64,000 nt of DNA from Paraspadella gotoi (Eukaryota; Animalia; Chaetognatha), in contig CM119263.1 of assembly GCA_051294375.1 (NCBI GenBank), positions 6,735,645 through 6,799,644 of the forward strand, read 5' to 3'. The position numbers and the translations under genes are program-made. The notes under the pieces were generated by a model. The model had not been told where the DNA came from and searched no databases. It saw only the letters and a list, made by a program, of their open reading frames with translations. This document shows, piece after piece, positions 1-12,853 of this stretch (positions are counted from its first letter, which is position 1; every line of letters starts with the position of its first letter).

Positions 1-1
1 C

Positions 2-334
2 GGCGGTCCCCTGCCCGGTCCTTCGCTGTCCGGTCCCCATCTCTCTAGCAGTTCCCTATCGCAGTATGCCGTTTCCGGCCAATCGACCCTCCCTCACCCG
101 TCCCCAGTTTCTCACGCCAACTCCATTCCTAGCTGGACGACGGCCTACGGGGCCCCTACCATGGATAACCGCGGCACACCCACTTCTTCGGCCCCATCAC
201 TCTACGACTACGGTTCTGAATTAAGCAAGTCTAGCGCAGCCCTTTACGGGCAAACCGGACACGACATCTTTGGAATGTCGTCCAATTCTACAAATCCAAC
301 TTTAGGAGGTTCGACTTCTCATCTGACGTTGTAA
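2..334 (+). CDS. 3' end of a Ser/Pro/Gly-rich protein (possibly a transcription-factor C-terminus); gene starts before the window
   Basis: Open GC-rich frame GGPLPGPSLSGPHLSSSSLSQY...GGSTSHLTL* ending at TAA 332-334, then an AT-rich 3' UTR with AATAAA near 469. No diagnostic domain visible. Confidence 0.6.
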   Translation, partial: GGPLPGPSLSGPHLSSSSLSQYAVSGQSTLPHPSPVSHANSIPSWTTAYGAPTMDNRGTPTSSAPSLYDYGSELSKSSAALYGQTGHDIFGMSSNSTNPTLGGSTSHLTL

Positions 335-1316
335 ATGCACCTCTCTAAAATTTTCAACAAAGCAGAATCCAAAGAAGTGTAAAGTGGAGGAAATTTCGAA
401 ACAATCACAATTATCATAACTCTTGAAAATTGTTCATAGCACATAACTTTTGATTTTCGTTGTGTATAAATAAAAAAACGGTTTTATTCCTATCCTTAAC
501 CTGCTTTCTTAATGTCTGATTAAATATTAATTACAAATTTATTATAATCTCCGTACTTACGTATCTGTTGTTTCCCGCCGCTGTATCATTTCCCATTGTG
601 CGCATGTATTTTAAGACATTAATGAGCATTTATTTCATTTTGAACAAATTTATTTAAGAATAGTTTCTGACAAAAATTTTAAAAATTATTATTTATTTTA
701 TACTTTAAATATTTTACGGGCCTATATTTAAGTTAGGAAAATGAATGAACTGCTCAATAGGTCTGCTTGAATGCTAGTCTTGCAACTACAGTTTTACAAA
801 GACAGTATTACATGTAGCATCCTACCAAAATATAAACAAAAAAACTTTCTTGCGCTTTTATAACCTGAAACCAAGATGCCTTAAACATGTTAATACCTAA
901 TCACTTGTATTGAGAATACGTTATTCAATGCGATTATTTGTATGTTACTTACTAGTGTTATTGATATTAAATAAAATACGAAAATGATCATATATATCTT
1001 GATGAATTATGTATACGTAGAGAAGTTATACCGACATAATTATTTAGTAGACAATGATGATTGGTATTTTCATCAACGAAGGAAGTAGGCTTGGTTAATT
1101 GAGGAGAAATTAAGTGAGTTTTATTAACATTAAACATACGAGGAGATTACGATAATTCTCTTTCCCTGCCGTCGATTTCATCAGAAGTCGGAAAACCCAA
1201 GAGAGGCAAACCATTTGGTCTATCAGATCCATCTACTGGTCCATTTCCTGCGATGTCATGTATATATTCATAATAATAATAATAAATAGTAAATTTTATA
1301 TTTTTAATAAAAGTAA

Positions 1317-2070
1317 TTGTCTAAAATCCCATTCTGTATGGAACGGAATCATGACATTTTAGCAAAAAAAAAAGAGGAAAGGAAGAAGGCGAAATATTGC
1401 CGAGGGACATGGAGGAGAGTCGCTGGCAGGAGGAAGATCCCGACGCACGAATTTGAAAGACTAGTACAAAGGAAGTTTGGGTTTAAAATGGAAGCTTGTA
1501 CAAAGGAGGAAGAGATATGCGGCGATATGGAGAAGGAGAAAAGAAGGGAGGAGGTGAAGAAGAGGGAGAAATCGGAAAAAAGAATTGGATAAGTGGAAAA
1601 AGAATTGGGGGAGGAAAGAAGAAGCCCGAAGAGAAGAAAAGAAAGAGAAAGCTGAGAAAAAGAATGCAGAGAAGGAAGCCGAAATCTCTCGCCTGAAAGA
1701 AAGCTTGAAGGAGAGGGAGGCGGAGATCAACCGGCTGAAGGAGCAGGTACAGACACTCCAGGCCGAGACAAAAAAGGCCAGGCGTGCGGCGGAAAGAAAT
1801 AAGAATAAGGAGGGAGGAAAGGGGGAAGAATTGAGGAAGGAACTCGGAACTGAAAAGAGGTCAGAAGAATGAAGAAACGAAGTGAGGAAGACAGGAAAGT
1901 CGGGAAGATGGAAAAGGAGAAAGAAAAGAAAATAAGAGAAAATTGACGAGATCACAAGACGTTATTGGCAAGGAGCCCTGTTGATGCAGCTACAAAAGGA
2001 CCCGAACGAAAAAGACTCGGTTTCGATCCACACTGCTAGGGAACCGACATCTCAAAGACGAACTCTACAA
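1317..2070 (+). other. Purine-rich, frame-broken Lys/Glu coiled-coil ORF fragments; possibly a decayed transposon ORF or pseudogene
   Basis: Overlapping ORFs 1317-1592 and 1585-1872 (KEAEISRLKESLKEREAEINRLKEQVQTLQAE) separated by stops; no splice model found. Confidence 0.25.
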
Positions 2071-4185
2071 ATCACTTGGGTTTCGAATTTAGAAACTGAA
2101 ATACAGTTTGTTTGTGTTACAACAAAAATTGTGTTGAAATTCGAAATTTTTTGATGAATACTCTGTTTAATATAGGTAAAAAGTTTTAACGTTATGATCA
2201 ATGAGGCAATCACTCAAATCATAAAGTTTAGCCAGCTTACACGCCGGAGCAAAAAACGGGACAAGATAGCGTTTTTGCTGTGGCCGACAACGAGGTGGCG
2301 AAACGGCGAATCTAAGAAGCTGGAGATTTTAAATTTGCGAACTGGGATTTAATTGAATGAAATGAATAAATTAAATTAATATTCCATTTAAATAAATGAA
2401 AAAATTGAGATAAATAAATTGCATTGTGTAGAAAATGTAGAAAATGTTTATTATTTTCTATGCCTCGAGGGTCGCGCGTTCGATTCGTTTGAACTGGCTT
2501 TAACATGAAGCAAGATTTTCTAAATTTCGAATGACGTAAATGTCGAATAAATGACGAATGAATCGTGAATAAAAAGAATAAATCAATGGCGAAATCGATG
2601 TCGTATAATAAATTTGTGTAGAAAATCCTTGGATTCCGTAAAAACATACAGCCGATCTTTTCCTGAAAAGGTCAACTAAATGACCAGGGAAAAATGACCG
2701 GACGCGAGGTCACAAAATCTTTCACATTGAGTAAATAAATTTTAAAGTATGTACTGAATTAATTAAATTGAACAAATTTAAGCAATTTAATTTCATTAAA
2801 GAAATTAAATGAATAAATGTGTGAGAAATCTATAATTTGACTCTGCAAACGCAAGCGATTGCGAAGATAAAAATTAATATAAAAAAAATTATGAAGAACT
2901 ATTAATAGTCAGAAGTCAGAAAAATACTCTATATTAGAATATTGTTCTGACATCTGTATAATATCTGTAATCCGTAAAATATTTGTTATACTACAACAAA
3001 TATTATTATTATTTATTAATATTATAGCAAGTAAATAAAATAAGTTCTTTTGTCATCAAATCTGATTGACTAGTAAGTAAGCTCATTTATAGGGGGCCTG
3101 TTGTATCGATGTAAAAACAAAAGATCAATAGACTCGCATATCGTAAATAAACATTTTGCTCTCTGTCAAGCACGGGAATCTTTTTCCAACCACTAATGTT
3201 GAGACATTTGGTGGGTTGGACGAGGAATCCCTTCCCTTTCTTAAAGCCATCGCCCACTAACATGCAAGACGATAGGGGAACATAAACGCCTTGGAGTGCA
3301 AACACTTCTTTCAACGGCTATCCGTAGCGTTACAAATGGGAAACACCGATCTGCTAATAAAGCGTGACGGCGACCCTACCTAATAGCTTGATAAACAAGT
3401 TTAACTGTTTCTTTCCAATAATAAATAAACAAAATAAATAAAATAAAAATACATGTAAATTATTCAAAATTAAATAAAAATCAACCTCGATACTCTATTC
3501 GTATTTGACTTTGCTCCTCGCAACATTCATTATTCACAATTGTTATGCCTTTCATTCTCGCGAACACATAAAATTGTTGTCCATTCGTTTTCTTTCCAGA
3601 AAAAAATTTGTACAAAGAAAAAAGTGTAAACGGTGTCGTCGATGCCGAATTTCTTTTGTATTGTTTTGTTTTGTTTTGAACTTTCGAACTAAACATCTGT
3701 TAGCTTGTATCTGTATCACACATTCCTGTGATTTTTCAGTAAAATATTTTTATAATGACTTGGACGATCAAATAACATTTTATGAAGATGCATTCTTTTA
3801 ATTTGTGATTTTTTTATTATTTCATGGCGTCCATTCATGTCGTCCATTTCTGTGATTCTCCGTATTTTGATTTATACTTTTATACCCTTTTAGACGACCA
3901 GTCTACCTCATTTATTTTGTTGTCTTTTACTTTCCAGAAGAAAAAGAAATTTATGGTGGTAACCTGCTGAGTGTTGGTACTGTAGTATTTTCGTAGATTA
4001 TAAACGTTTTCAATGACTTGAGTAATGAGTAAACCATGTGATGTAATCTTCTTTGTGTTTATCACTTTATGTAATGATTTATCCTTAAACTGATTTCATT
4101 ACTGATTTTTAATCCTTTTTCCACTTTCTCGGATATGCTTCACTCGCTTTACATTTCGTTATAGGCAAATTTATTCAAAGTAACA

Positions 4186-5624
4186 ATGAAACGGCGAAAG
4201 TCAAAAACTACGCGGTCGTCTTCACCTTCTCAGACTACTTCCAACTTACGTGGAGAACTAGAAAAAATACTTTTAAAAAACGAAGCTGTCAATGACCGTG
4301 ACAAGGTTAAACTTTTGAGTGATTATATTTCAATGCACAGAAACAATGCCGACATGTCGATAGCAATTTATTCCCTTGGCAAGCTGCACAGTAAGATCTG
4401 CAGGTATGCTTGTCTTTGAAACTTGTATTATTATCGAAATTCTTTTTTTTGTATTTTTAATTATTTTTTCAGAATGTGATGGAAGGGGCCCTTACTTTTT
4501 TTATTAATCAAATCGAGAGGCATCTAATTATGTATAAAAATGGGGAAACAATTTTTTACTATTTTAAGTTTAACATTTTAAAATATTTAATAATAATATA
4601 TTATGGCAACAGCCGGGTTGCCTGTGATGCCCATTGGGATGGGGCATCTCACTGTTGGCTTTGGGGGCTTCCGACCCTCAGTGACGCCTCCAGTCACTGG
4701 CGCGGTTACCCTAGGACGGTCTCGCTTTGCCAACGCAGAGGGAAGTTGTTAGGACTGTGGAAGGAACACTACGCCTGGGATGGTGTGTTCCCCCTCTGAG
4801 CCAATGGATTTGGCTGACGGATGGTGGACGTGAGGCGGTGTGAATATACCGCCACAATATATTATTTCTATTGCTAGTTTTTTAACTTTTTAAGACATCA
4901 AAAGACAACCTAAAAACTATCGTTTGGCGAGGTATGTTATTGTTAATGTTGTCTTTTGGAAAAGGAAGGTTAATTTCTTTTCAACCCTACTTTTCTAAAT
5001 AGATATATCCATAATATCCATATACATTTCTGTAGGAAAGTCATTATTGAGAATCTCATAATACCTATTAGACATAAATAATTAATAATAATAATAAATA
5101 AATAATTTCTTAGGGGACTTGGGTTATATATGATGATAATACGACTTGATACATTATTCTGTTAATGATTTATTCAGATACCGTCTTTCTCTCGGCATTG
5201 TTGAGTAATTTACGTATATTTCTTATTCGACAGACGTTTCAGGAAAGCCATCATTCAGATCAACCTGCTCAACAACAAAATTCAAATTACTGGGTCCAGA
5301 TACAAATCCGCCTCTGAAACAAATCGGCGGAGCTCAAGATACGTGCTAAGAATGCGGTTGGCAGTCTTGGAAGGAGTAAGGACATGCTTTTCTGAATATG
5401 CTCAAGGTATGTTCTTGTTATTTTTTGTGCGTGTATATCTTTTTGGTTCTTTATAAATCACTAACTAGTATGAAAACGATTGTTAGTTTTACTCTTTTGA
5501 TATCGTATTTAAAATTTATTTAGAAAAAGCGGACACTTTGAAGGACATCGAACGTCTTTTTCTTCGAGAACAAACTAACGGGTTTGATGTCGCCACGGCG
5601 TTGCGGTCTGATGCAAGAAACTAA
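4186..5624 (+). CDS. Uncharacterised multi-exon protein
   Basis: ATG 4186 exon ending at a GTATG donor. Further AG/GT-bounded exons at ~4896-4931, 5234-5406 (RFRKAIIQINLLNNKIQ...RYVLRMRLAVLEGVRTCFSEYAQ) and 5524-5624 (EKADTLKDIERLF...*). The middle exon structure is tentative. Confidence 0.5.
4602..4856 (-). mobile_element. Family A solo-LTR-like element carrying a twister ribozyme (copy A1)
   Basis: Near-identical to 34618-34853 in opposite orientation, plus a 19-nt insertion. Ends TGTGGCG...TGCCATA on the minus strand; 4-bp TSD ATAT (4598-4601 and 4857-4860). Confidence 0.85.
4654..4734 (-). ncRNA. Type-P5 twister ribozyme (predicted)
   Basis: Minus strand reads GTTGGC-AAA-GCGA-GA-CCG-TCCTAGGG-TAA-CCGC-GC-CAGTGAC..GTCACTG-AGG-GT-CGG-AA-GC-C-CCC-AAA-GCCAAC. 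It has the U/AA site, GA, GU-NNN-AAGC loop, T1 CGG:CCG, T2 GC:GC, and perfect P3 and P5. Confidence 0.8.
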
Positions 5625-6637
5625 GGAGGGGAATTATTTTTGTGAAAAAAATATCGTAATGAATTAATTTAGCTATGTAGAATTCAATACCTTAAGCCCC
5701 GATTTAAGGTGTATACTAAAGGAATTACGATACCTCTCGTAATATTATTTTTTCTATTCTTTTTCGGCTCATGTAACAATTCCAGAAATATCAAGTTCAA
5801 GTGGCTGTTTTTATATTCATTTTTTCCAGTTATGACATAATTTCAAGTAAATAAATTGTATTCATTTGGACCAATTTATATTTAATATTTTGTAATTAGT
5901 TTTTCATTTGTTTAATAAAATCATGAAAGCGATCCTTGCCTATTTTATAAGTTTAAAGAATATATACAGAAATGAAATAAACTAATGTAGGCTAAATTTT
6001 ACTTTCGCCGACCGCAGTTATGGCGGTTTTTGAAAAATAATTTAAAAATATTTATTTAAAAATTTAAAAAAAAAAATTATTTACCCTAACCTTAAACCTT
6101 TTTAACCATAACCACCTATAACCTTAAACCACCTTTAAATTACCCTAAATAACCTACCTTAAATAACCCTTTTTTAACCCCGGTCGGCGAAAGTAAAAGT
6201 AACATTTTGTATAATATTATTTAGATTAGATTGTATTGAATTCAATATTTAGAAATTTTGGTGAAGGATTAAAAGTACGCAATAATTAGCGTATTGTTAT
6301 CGGTATCAGGGGTTAATTTTATTTTTACCGACTGGGGTTAAGGTTGAGAATGGTTTGATGATTAAAGGTGGTTAACGTTAGGAGTGGTTAGGGTAATTAA
6401 ATAATTTTTATTAATTTTTTTTAAAAATAAATATTTAAAATTTTTTTAAAAATATTAAAACTTTTGTCGGTAAAAATTAAATTTTATTTTCGCCGACGGG
6501 AGGTTTAGCGTTTTTTTAAAAAAACTATTTAAATTTTGAAAAAAAAATAAATTATTTAAATATTTTAATTTTAAACTTTTTTAATTTTAAATTATTTTTA
6601 ACCCCTAACCTCGGTCGGCGAAAGTAAAATTAACCCG

Positions 6638-6871
6638 TATGGTGGACTAAAATCCACCAAACGTTCATCAGCGGCCATTGGTGCCGGAAGCAAGTCATTC
6701 GCCTCCCAACCCAAAGGTCCGGGGTTCTAGCCCGGTGGTCGCCTGGCAGTTAAGAGGGACGGGGCGCTTAACCCGCCTGTAACATGGTGTTACAACCTGA
6801 TCCGAAGCTCAGGGACTGCTTATATTGAACGGTTCTGTCATTAACACTTATCAATAATTACTGTCTCTTCA
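6638..6871 (+). mobile_element. Family C solo-LTR-like element with tRNA-like head and twister ribozyme
   Basis: 234 bp between CCCG direct repeats (6634-6637, 6872-6875). Starts with the hairpin TGGTGGA-CTAAAA-TCCACCA; tRNA-like segment 6675-6740; twister fold 6746-6819; ends TATG...TTCA. Confidence 0.7.
6746..6819 (+). ncRNA. Type-P5 twister ribozyme (predicted)
   Basis: GCAGTT-AA-GAGG-GA-CGG-GGCGCT-TAA-CCC-GCC-TGTAAC..GTTACA-A-CCTGA-T-CCG-AA-GC-TCAGG-GACTGC. T1 CCG:CGG, 5-bp P4 CCTGA/TCAGG, P5 GCAGTT/GACTGC. P2 is one nucleotide short. Confidence 0.7.
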
Positions 6872-9097
6872 CCCGTAAAATTTAGCCGATATCAGTTTTG
6901 TTTCTAATTATTAACAACCATTACCGATTACGATACATAATTCTAAATCCAAGTCGGTTAGATTTGTAAACCGCTTAGGCGGAGGTAATGTTATGAAAAT
7001 TGAAAGAGAAAAGCGCCCGAGTCTTCCTCGGAGCTTCGTCGTGCACGCAGAGTCGCAGACTCACCCCCTCTGCTTTTAATTCTTCTTTTATAATTCATCT
7101 TGAGGAATTAGTGGCTGCTGCGGCTGCTGTCTCCTGCCGCTGAAAGACTTTCGATCGCTCGATCCTCTTCCCCTCTCCTTCCTCCCTTTCCTTTAGAGGA
7201 CCTCCAACTCCGTCCTCTTCCTCGCCTCGCTGCTCCGGGGGTCGTCAAGCACTGGGGCAACTCTATTTTTTTAGCTCCGAATTGCTGGCCCTTTTGGCAT
7301 TTTGTTCAACGACTGTTAGTAAATTTCGATCATTGATGTGTTTTGCGATCATTACTTGCGTTGCTCTCTTAACATAGCTCCAAACCCGTGTTGTTATTTA
7401 TATTTTAATGATACGTAAGTACTAAACTAGTTCCAAGATTATTTTATTCTTAAAATCGCGTAATTTTCATAATTATTCTTACCATACTCTTCATTAACCT
7501 CCTGGCCAACTTGGTACTTAGAAGTAAACTAAAGTAAGTAAATTTAATCGCGTTGCTAATTCATTTTTTCCATGTTATTATTTTGACTTGTCAATGGCAA
7601 GCGGTATTATTCTTAGATTGCTCCAACTAGTTACTATTTCTGTGATGAGACCTCAACTCACTGGGTCTAGAACCTAATGCTTAATAGGCTTCGGGTCATA
7701 GCGAGGTGATGATCGATGCGATAAGATGCGAGAGCAAATTCTGAATAAATTTTAAAATTAGATGCAGTTTTTTTGTTTTTTTTTGGCTGACCTCGCTCCT
7801 TCAAAACTTTCAAAACGCAATTTAAATTATACTGCTTAAGTTATGATTTTTATCTACTTGTCGTTCGCATTGGCAGAAAAAGTCCAGTTATAAATTTTCG
7901 TCAGGAGAAATCAACTATTACAGGAGAAAGAGAAGACAATATTATTGCTCTCAGGCGAATTATCGGATATTATATCCCTCAATAATTATACTTAGTCATC
8001 CTCCAATTCTCACCTACCAATTGTAAGCAGGATGAGATTTTTAAATTTTGGCGCATGTCTCCATCTGTCTTACTTCCTTTTTAAAATCAAATGGAAAAGA
8101 ATGCGAAATAAAAAAGGGCGGAGAGGAAGTTTCTTTTCGCATCTTGATCTTGGTACGGAGGAGTCGATAGGTTGCGGATGAGCGCAAATTATCACGGTTT
8201 AGCGATTGTCTGTGGCCGGCTGCTGGATTAGTCATTAGAGATGCGGGAACCACTTTATTTTACTTATATTAAAAAAGACTTAAAGAACTGATGACCTTAC
8301 TAGTTACTCTCTTTTTAAAGAAGTGGGTGGGGTAGGTGAGGAGGGAGTCGGGAGAAAAGATAATTTTGTAAAAGAAGCTTAAAAAGGGGGATGGAACCTT
8401 TCATCCGTCGGCACTCGGCAGTCTCCGATGAATCTCAGCCAGCGCTGGGGTTTGCTTAACCTTCCCTCTCTCTCTTGCTCTTTCTCTCGATTCCGAGTCT
8501 TTTTCCTCCTGATTCATTTACTTCCTTCTTTCAGATTCTTTTTTATTATCGCCTGTTCAAATCTAAAAGCAAACTAAATTTTCTCGGTTCCATTTTCAAA
8601 CTAAATTTATTCACGGCCTTGAGTTTACTCTTCAATCCGTTATTTCTTTTCCAACGTTAAAAAAAAAGAAGAAATTCTAACCCTATTTGCTTGTTGCGTA
8701 CCTCATTTTACGCGTCAATTTCTGTAATAGAAACTTACTGCTAAATAATCTATTGTATACTTTTGATCTTTACCAACTTGCAATTCGTGAATTGAAAAAT
8801 CAATGTTTTTTCTGTTCAGCGAAGGCGTAGTCGTCAAACGACAAACTCAACAGCTTCCCTCCTTAAGTTATGATGACTATTTGGGACAAAAAGATTTAAA
8901 AATTCAACATTTTCGTTTTTAGTCCCGTCGGTCCGTCCTCACCAAAACTATAATCAAACAGAGCATGGCCAATGACAGAAAATTCGTCTTTTTGGACCGG
9001 ACAGACCATTAACATAGCCAAAGATGAAAATTCGCCCTTGACATTGACCCGTATTGTGTTTAATTGCAAGAGAACAAAACCTCACAAATAACAAAAA

Positions 9098-12000
9098 ATG
9101 GCATCTCGACTTTGCCTTCCACGAAAACGCGGACTCGTGACAAAAACGATTATTGTCGCCCTGCTTTTGTGGGGCTTCATTTTCTTTTACTTGACTCGAT
9201 CGTCTCGTGATGGAGGTGGCGTCTCCGACGACGAAGCCGACTCTGGCCCCATGCCGAGATTCAACGCTCCCCGACGAAGGAACGCCGACGACCCAGCGAT
9301 CGGACTCCCGGCGAATGAGCCACCCCCCCGACAAATTTGGTTCCCCAACTTTCGAGGCGTTGCCGAAAACCGGAACGGCGGCAAACGTAACAATCAGCAA
9401 TTCATGACGACACAGAAGAAGTCAACTTTGACGGAAACCGTCGTCGGTGTTTGGAGAACTTTTTTTCCGCCCTTGAAGAAGAGTTGGTTCGAGACCCACC
9501 CCTTTGAGGGAAATGTTGCTAACCTGGAGATCTTTAGGAGCGGCGCCCAAATCTCTGACCCTCGGCACGAAGAGGAGAGCAGCATGGATGCTCCAGGCGC
9601 CCAAGGTTAGAAAGAGTAAAAATCGAGTCGAACGATCAACTAGTACAAGTGAGATGAGAAAAACTATTTCGACTTTTCTAGGTGGACCCGTAGAAATTAA
9701 AAAAGAGGAACTCTCACCACAAGAGCGCAAGGTTTTCGACGACGGTTGGCAGAACAACGCCTTCAATCAGTTCGTGTCCGACAAAATATCAGTGCATCGC
9801 AGCCTTCCCGATGTAATTTTAACATTGTCATTTTCATTTCATTTAAAAATAATTATATACTTTTGTTACATGAGGTGAGAGACGAGGAATGCCGATCTCT
9901 CGTCCACAAAAGCGTTTTACCCACAACGAGTGTCGTCATATGCTTCCACAATGAAGCCTGGACGGTTTTGCTCAGATCAATCCATTCCTTATTTAATAGG
10001 TGAGCTACTATTTAAAAGTGCATCCGCATCTTTGCTATTTTTGTTATAAAAAATTAGCAGTTATCCAAAAAGATAGAAGTATAAAGAAGTTGTAAAGTCC
10101 AGACGACCGTAACCCAGATGCTCTTTTTGTTTCCCGTTTAAGAGAGATATTGACTTTCGGCTCACTGTCCATTTCTTGTGATCATTCGGGATTCGACATT
10201 TGGATCAGACTCTTCAGACTAGGCTAGGTCGAGGAGGGGGTTCTTTCAAAGTATATTTCCGAACCTTGAAAAAAATGTTAGCATCCCTTGAGACGACTCT
10301 TCTACCAGGTCACCTCCACACTTGTTGCACGAGATCATCCTCGTCGATGACTTTTCCGACATGAGCCATCTCATGGAGGATCTGGAGCGTTACGTGGCCA
10401 AACTAGGAAAAGTCAAAATCGTTCGAACAAAGAAGCGTGAAGGTAGTGGTTCCAATATTTATTTTGGCAAGATGTTAGCCAGAAATAGTTATTTTAGGAA
10501 ATATGAATTGACTCTAAAATAACCTAGGGCCCGAGTCCAACTTGTATGATTTATGTATTGAAAAGAGACGAAATTTTTTCTAGGGTTGATTCGCGCACGA
10601 CTGCTCGGTGCTTCAATAGCAACGGGAGAAGTTCTCACCTTTTTAGATTCCCATATCGAATGCGCGAAGGGTAAGTCTCGATTGCTTTTACAAATATATT
10701 CTTTTAATTGTTTAGTATACTTAGTACTTATTTTGTCTTTTTCGTTAATTGTTTTATTCGATGTTTTCTCTTTTTTTCGACTTTCTCCCTCTCACTGCCT
10801 TGATAGCGAAATAGTCGTTGGTGTTTTTGTTTTTTTGTTTTACGACCATTGTCTGTTCATTTTTTAGTTTTAGTTTTTAAGGCCTTACTATTTTTATTTT
10901 ACCAGTGTTTTTATCTTTCTTTTCTTATTTATTGCATGGCCCTGTCTTTTTAACTCCCTTTTTTATCTTTCTTATTTTTTTTTTTTTCGTTCTTTTTTAT
11001 AGTATATTAGATTTATTGTTTTCTCTTTACTCTTGTTTTTTTTTCAACTGTTAATTCTCATGAAGGATGGTTGGAGCCACTTTTGGATCGGATCGCCTGG
11101 AACCGCACGACCGTTGTGTGTCCTGTTATCGACGTCATCGACGACGACAACTTTAAGTTCAACTACGGAAGCGCAAAAGCGACCTCCATAGGCGGGTGGG
11201 AAGTTTTTTCTTGATAATTTACTAGACAATGTTGTAGCTTTTTTCCTACATTTTCATTTTTAAAAAAGCTTCTTTTAAAAAAAAACTTTATCGCTTCTCA
11301 GATTCGACTGGAATCTCCAGTTCTCGTGGCACGCAATTCCGGACTATGAAAAATCACGTAGAAGCAGCGAAGTTGACCCGATTCGCTCCCCGACGATGGC
11401 TGGTGGACTTTTCTCCATTGACAAGGAATACTTTGAGTATCTCGGTACGCCGACTTGGCTTTTAGTACTTATGGTGCTGATTGGTTCTAGTTGACTATGC
11501 TTGACTCATAACAGGGGCCTATGACCCTGGGATGGACATATGGGGTGGCGAAAATCTTGAGCTCTCCTTTCGCGTTTGGATGTGCGGCGGGACTCTAGAG
11601 ATCATACCCTGCTCTCATGTCGGTCACATATTTCGGAAACGTTCGCCTTACAAGTGGAGAAGCGGAGTCAACGTTGTCAAAAAAAACTCCATTCGGTTGG
11701 TTGGATGATTAATGAGGAAATAACGCATACCGAGTGTCGAGGAACTAGTTGTTTAGTAAAAAAAAAAATAAGTAATTTAGACTGAAAGTGAAAAATATTT
11801 TTGGTTTTCGTTCTGAAGACAAAATAAAAAAATATGACATTGATATGTTTAAGAATATATATTTCTCATATTTCTATATATGGAAACGGGGAGATTGCTT
11901 GCGATATCCAGGCTCTAGGCATCTCACTACTCTTGTCGCGTCTGTGTTTATATTCAATTTACAATAGAATTTCTCTCTTTATTTTCCATCGACCCTTAAG

Positions 12001-12853
12001 CCTTGCCGAGGTATGGATGGATGATTACAAGAGTTACTACTACGAAAGATTCAATTACGACCTTGGAGATTTCGGCGACGTCACCGAAAGACGCGATTTA
12101 CGGAAAAGCCTTCAATGTAAATCGTTTGATTGGTTCGTCAAGAACGTCTACCCAGATCTTTTCGTTCCGGGAGAAGCGGCCGCCTCAGGGGAGATCAGAA
12201 ACAAAGGTGACATTGTCTTACTCTTGGCTGAAGGTGGTTTTATTCATTTACGTTAATTATACCTATTTGCCTGGTTGCCTCATCTTGTTCGTTGTTTCAT
12301 TTTTTTTTTCGATCAGTTGCTCCTATGTGCGTGGACTCTCCCGTCGACGCCAACCACATGAACCAGCCCGTCTCCATGTATCCCTGTCACAATCAAGGCG
12401 GGAATCAGTTCTGGATGCTTTCCAAACACGGGGAGATCAGAAGAGACGAAGGTTGCCTTGACTACGCTGGTAATTATTATTTTTTTTCTTGCACTACTTT
12501 ATTAATCGTTTGCGTTTGCCACTGTTTTTAAAGTTGTATTACTAATTCATCGTTTTATAGGACAACAAGGCCAAGACAAAGTGTTGGTCTACGGATGTCA
12601 CGGACAAGGAGGAAATCAGTTTTGGGAATTTTCCTCTGAAGGGGCACTGCATCATCAATCGTCGGGTCTTTGTCTCGAGATGTCGGGTAATTAGTTTCCG
12701 TAGTGTATTTGATAACTTGGCTTAGTCTACTTTTCCTGGGACTCTCCCTAACCAGGAGACGGCCAACACCTCCTGATGCGAACGTGTGATGGGTCAATGC
12801 GGCAACAATGGAGTTGGCAGCGAAAGCCTCAAAAGAGCCGAAAAGACTCGTGA
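9098..12853 (+). CDS. GALNT: Polypeptide N-acetylgalactosaminyltransferase (GT27; gly-5/pgant9-like), ~13 exons
   Basis: Type II TM anchor ([16 protein letters not shown]); [47 protein letters not shown] (DxH), [28 protein letters not shown]; C-terminal ricin-type lectin ([10 protein letters not shown]). GT-AG introns join in frame; TGA at 12851-12853. Confidence 0.95.

Larger units (their letters stand above)
5990..6887. mobile_element. Cluster of MITE-like inverted-repeat elements
   Basis: Repeat AATTTTACTTTCGCCGACCG near 5995, 6316 and 6480 and its reverse complement CGGTCGGCGAAAGTAAAA at 6181 and 6612. Outermost GGCTAAATTTTAC (5990) pairs with GTAAAATTTAGCC (6875-6887). Interiors are AT-rich with TAACC motifs. 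Confidence 0.6.

Noticed and set aside
4476-4799. Shared peptide YGNSRVACDAHWDGASHCW... with ORF 34650-34877
   Set aside because: Chance translation of the antisense strand of family A elements; no coding hallmarks.
5178-5233. 27-nt exon followed by a 29-nt intron
   Set aside because: Skipping the exon also keeps the frame, so the tiny intron is not required.
6675-6740. Functional tRNA gene
   Set aside because: Acceptor and D stems do not close; treated as a tRNA-derived part of a mobile element.
10150-10240. Minus-strand CTGAAGA...GAAA hammerhead-like core in a GALNT intron
   Set aside because: Stems I and II and the UH site could not be formed consistently.
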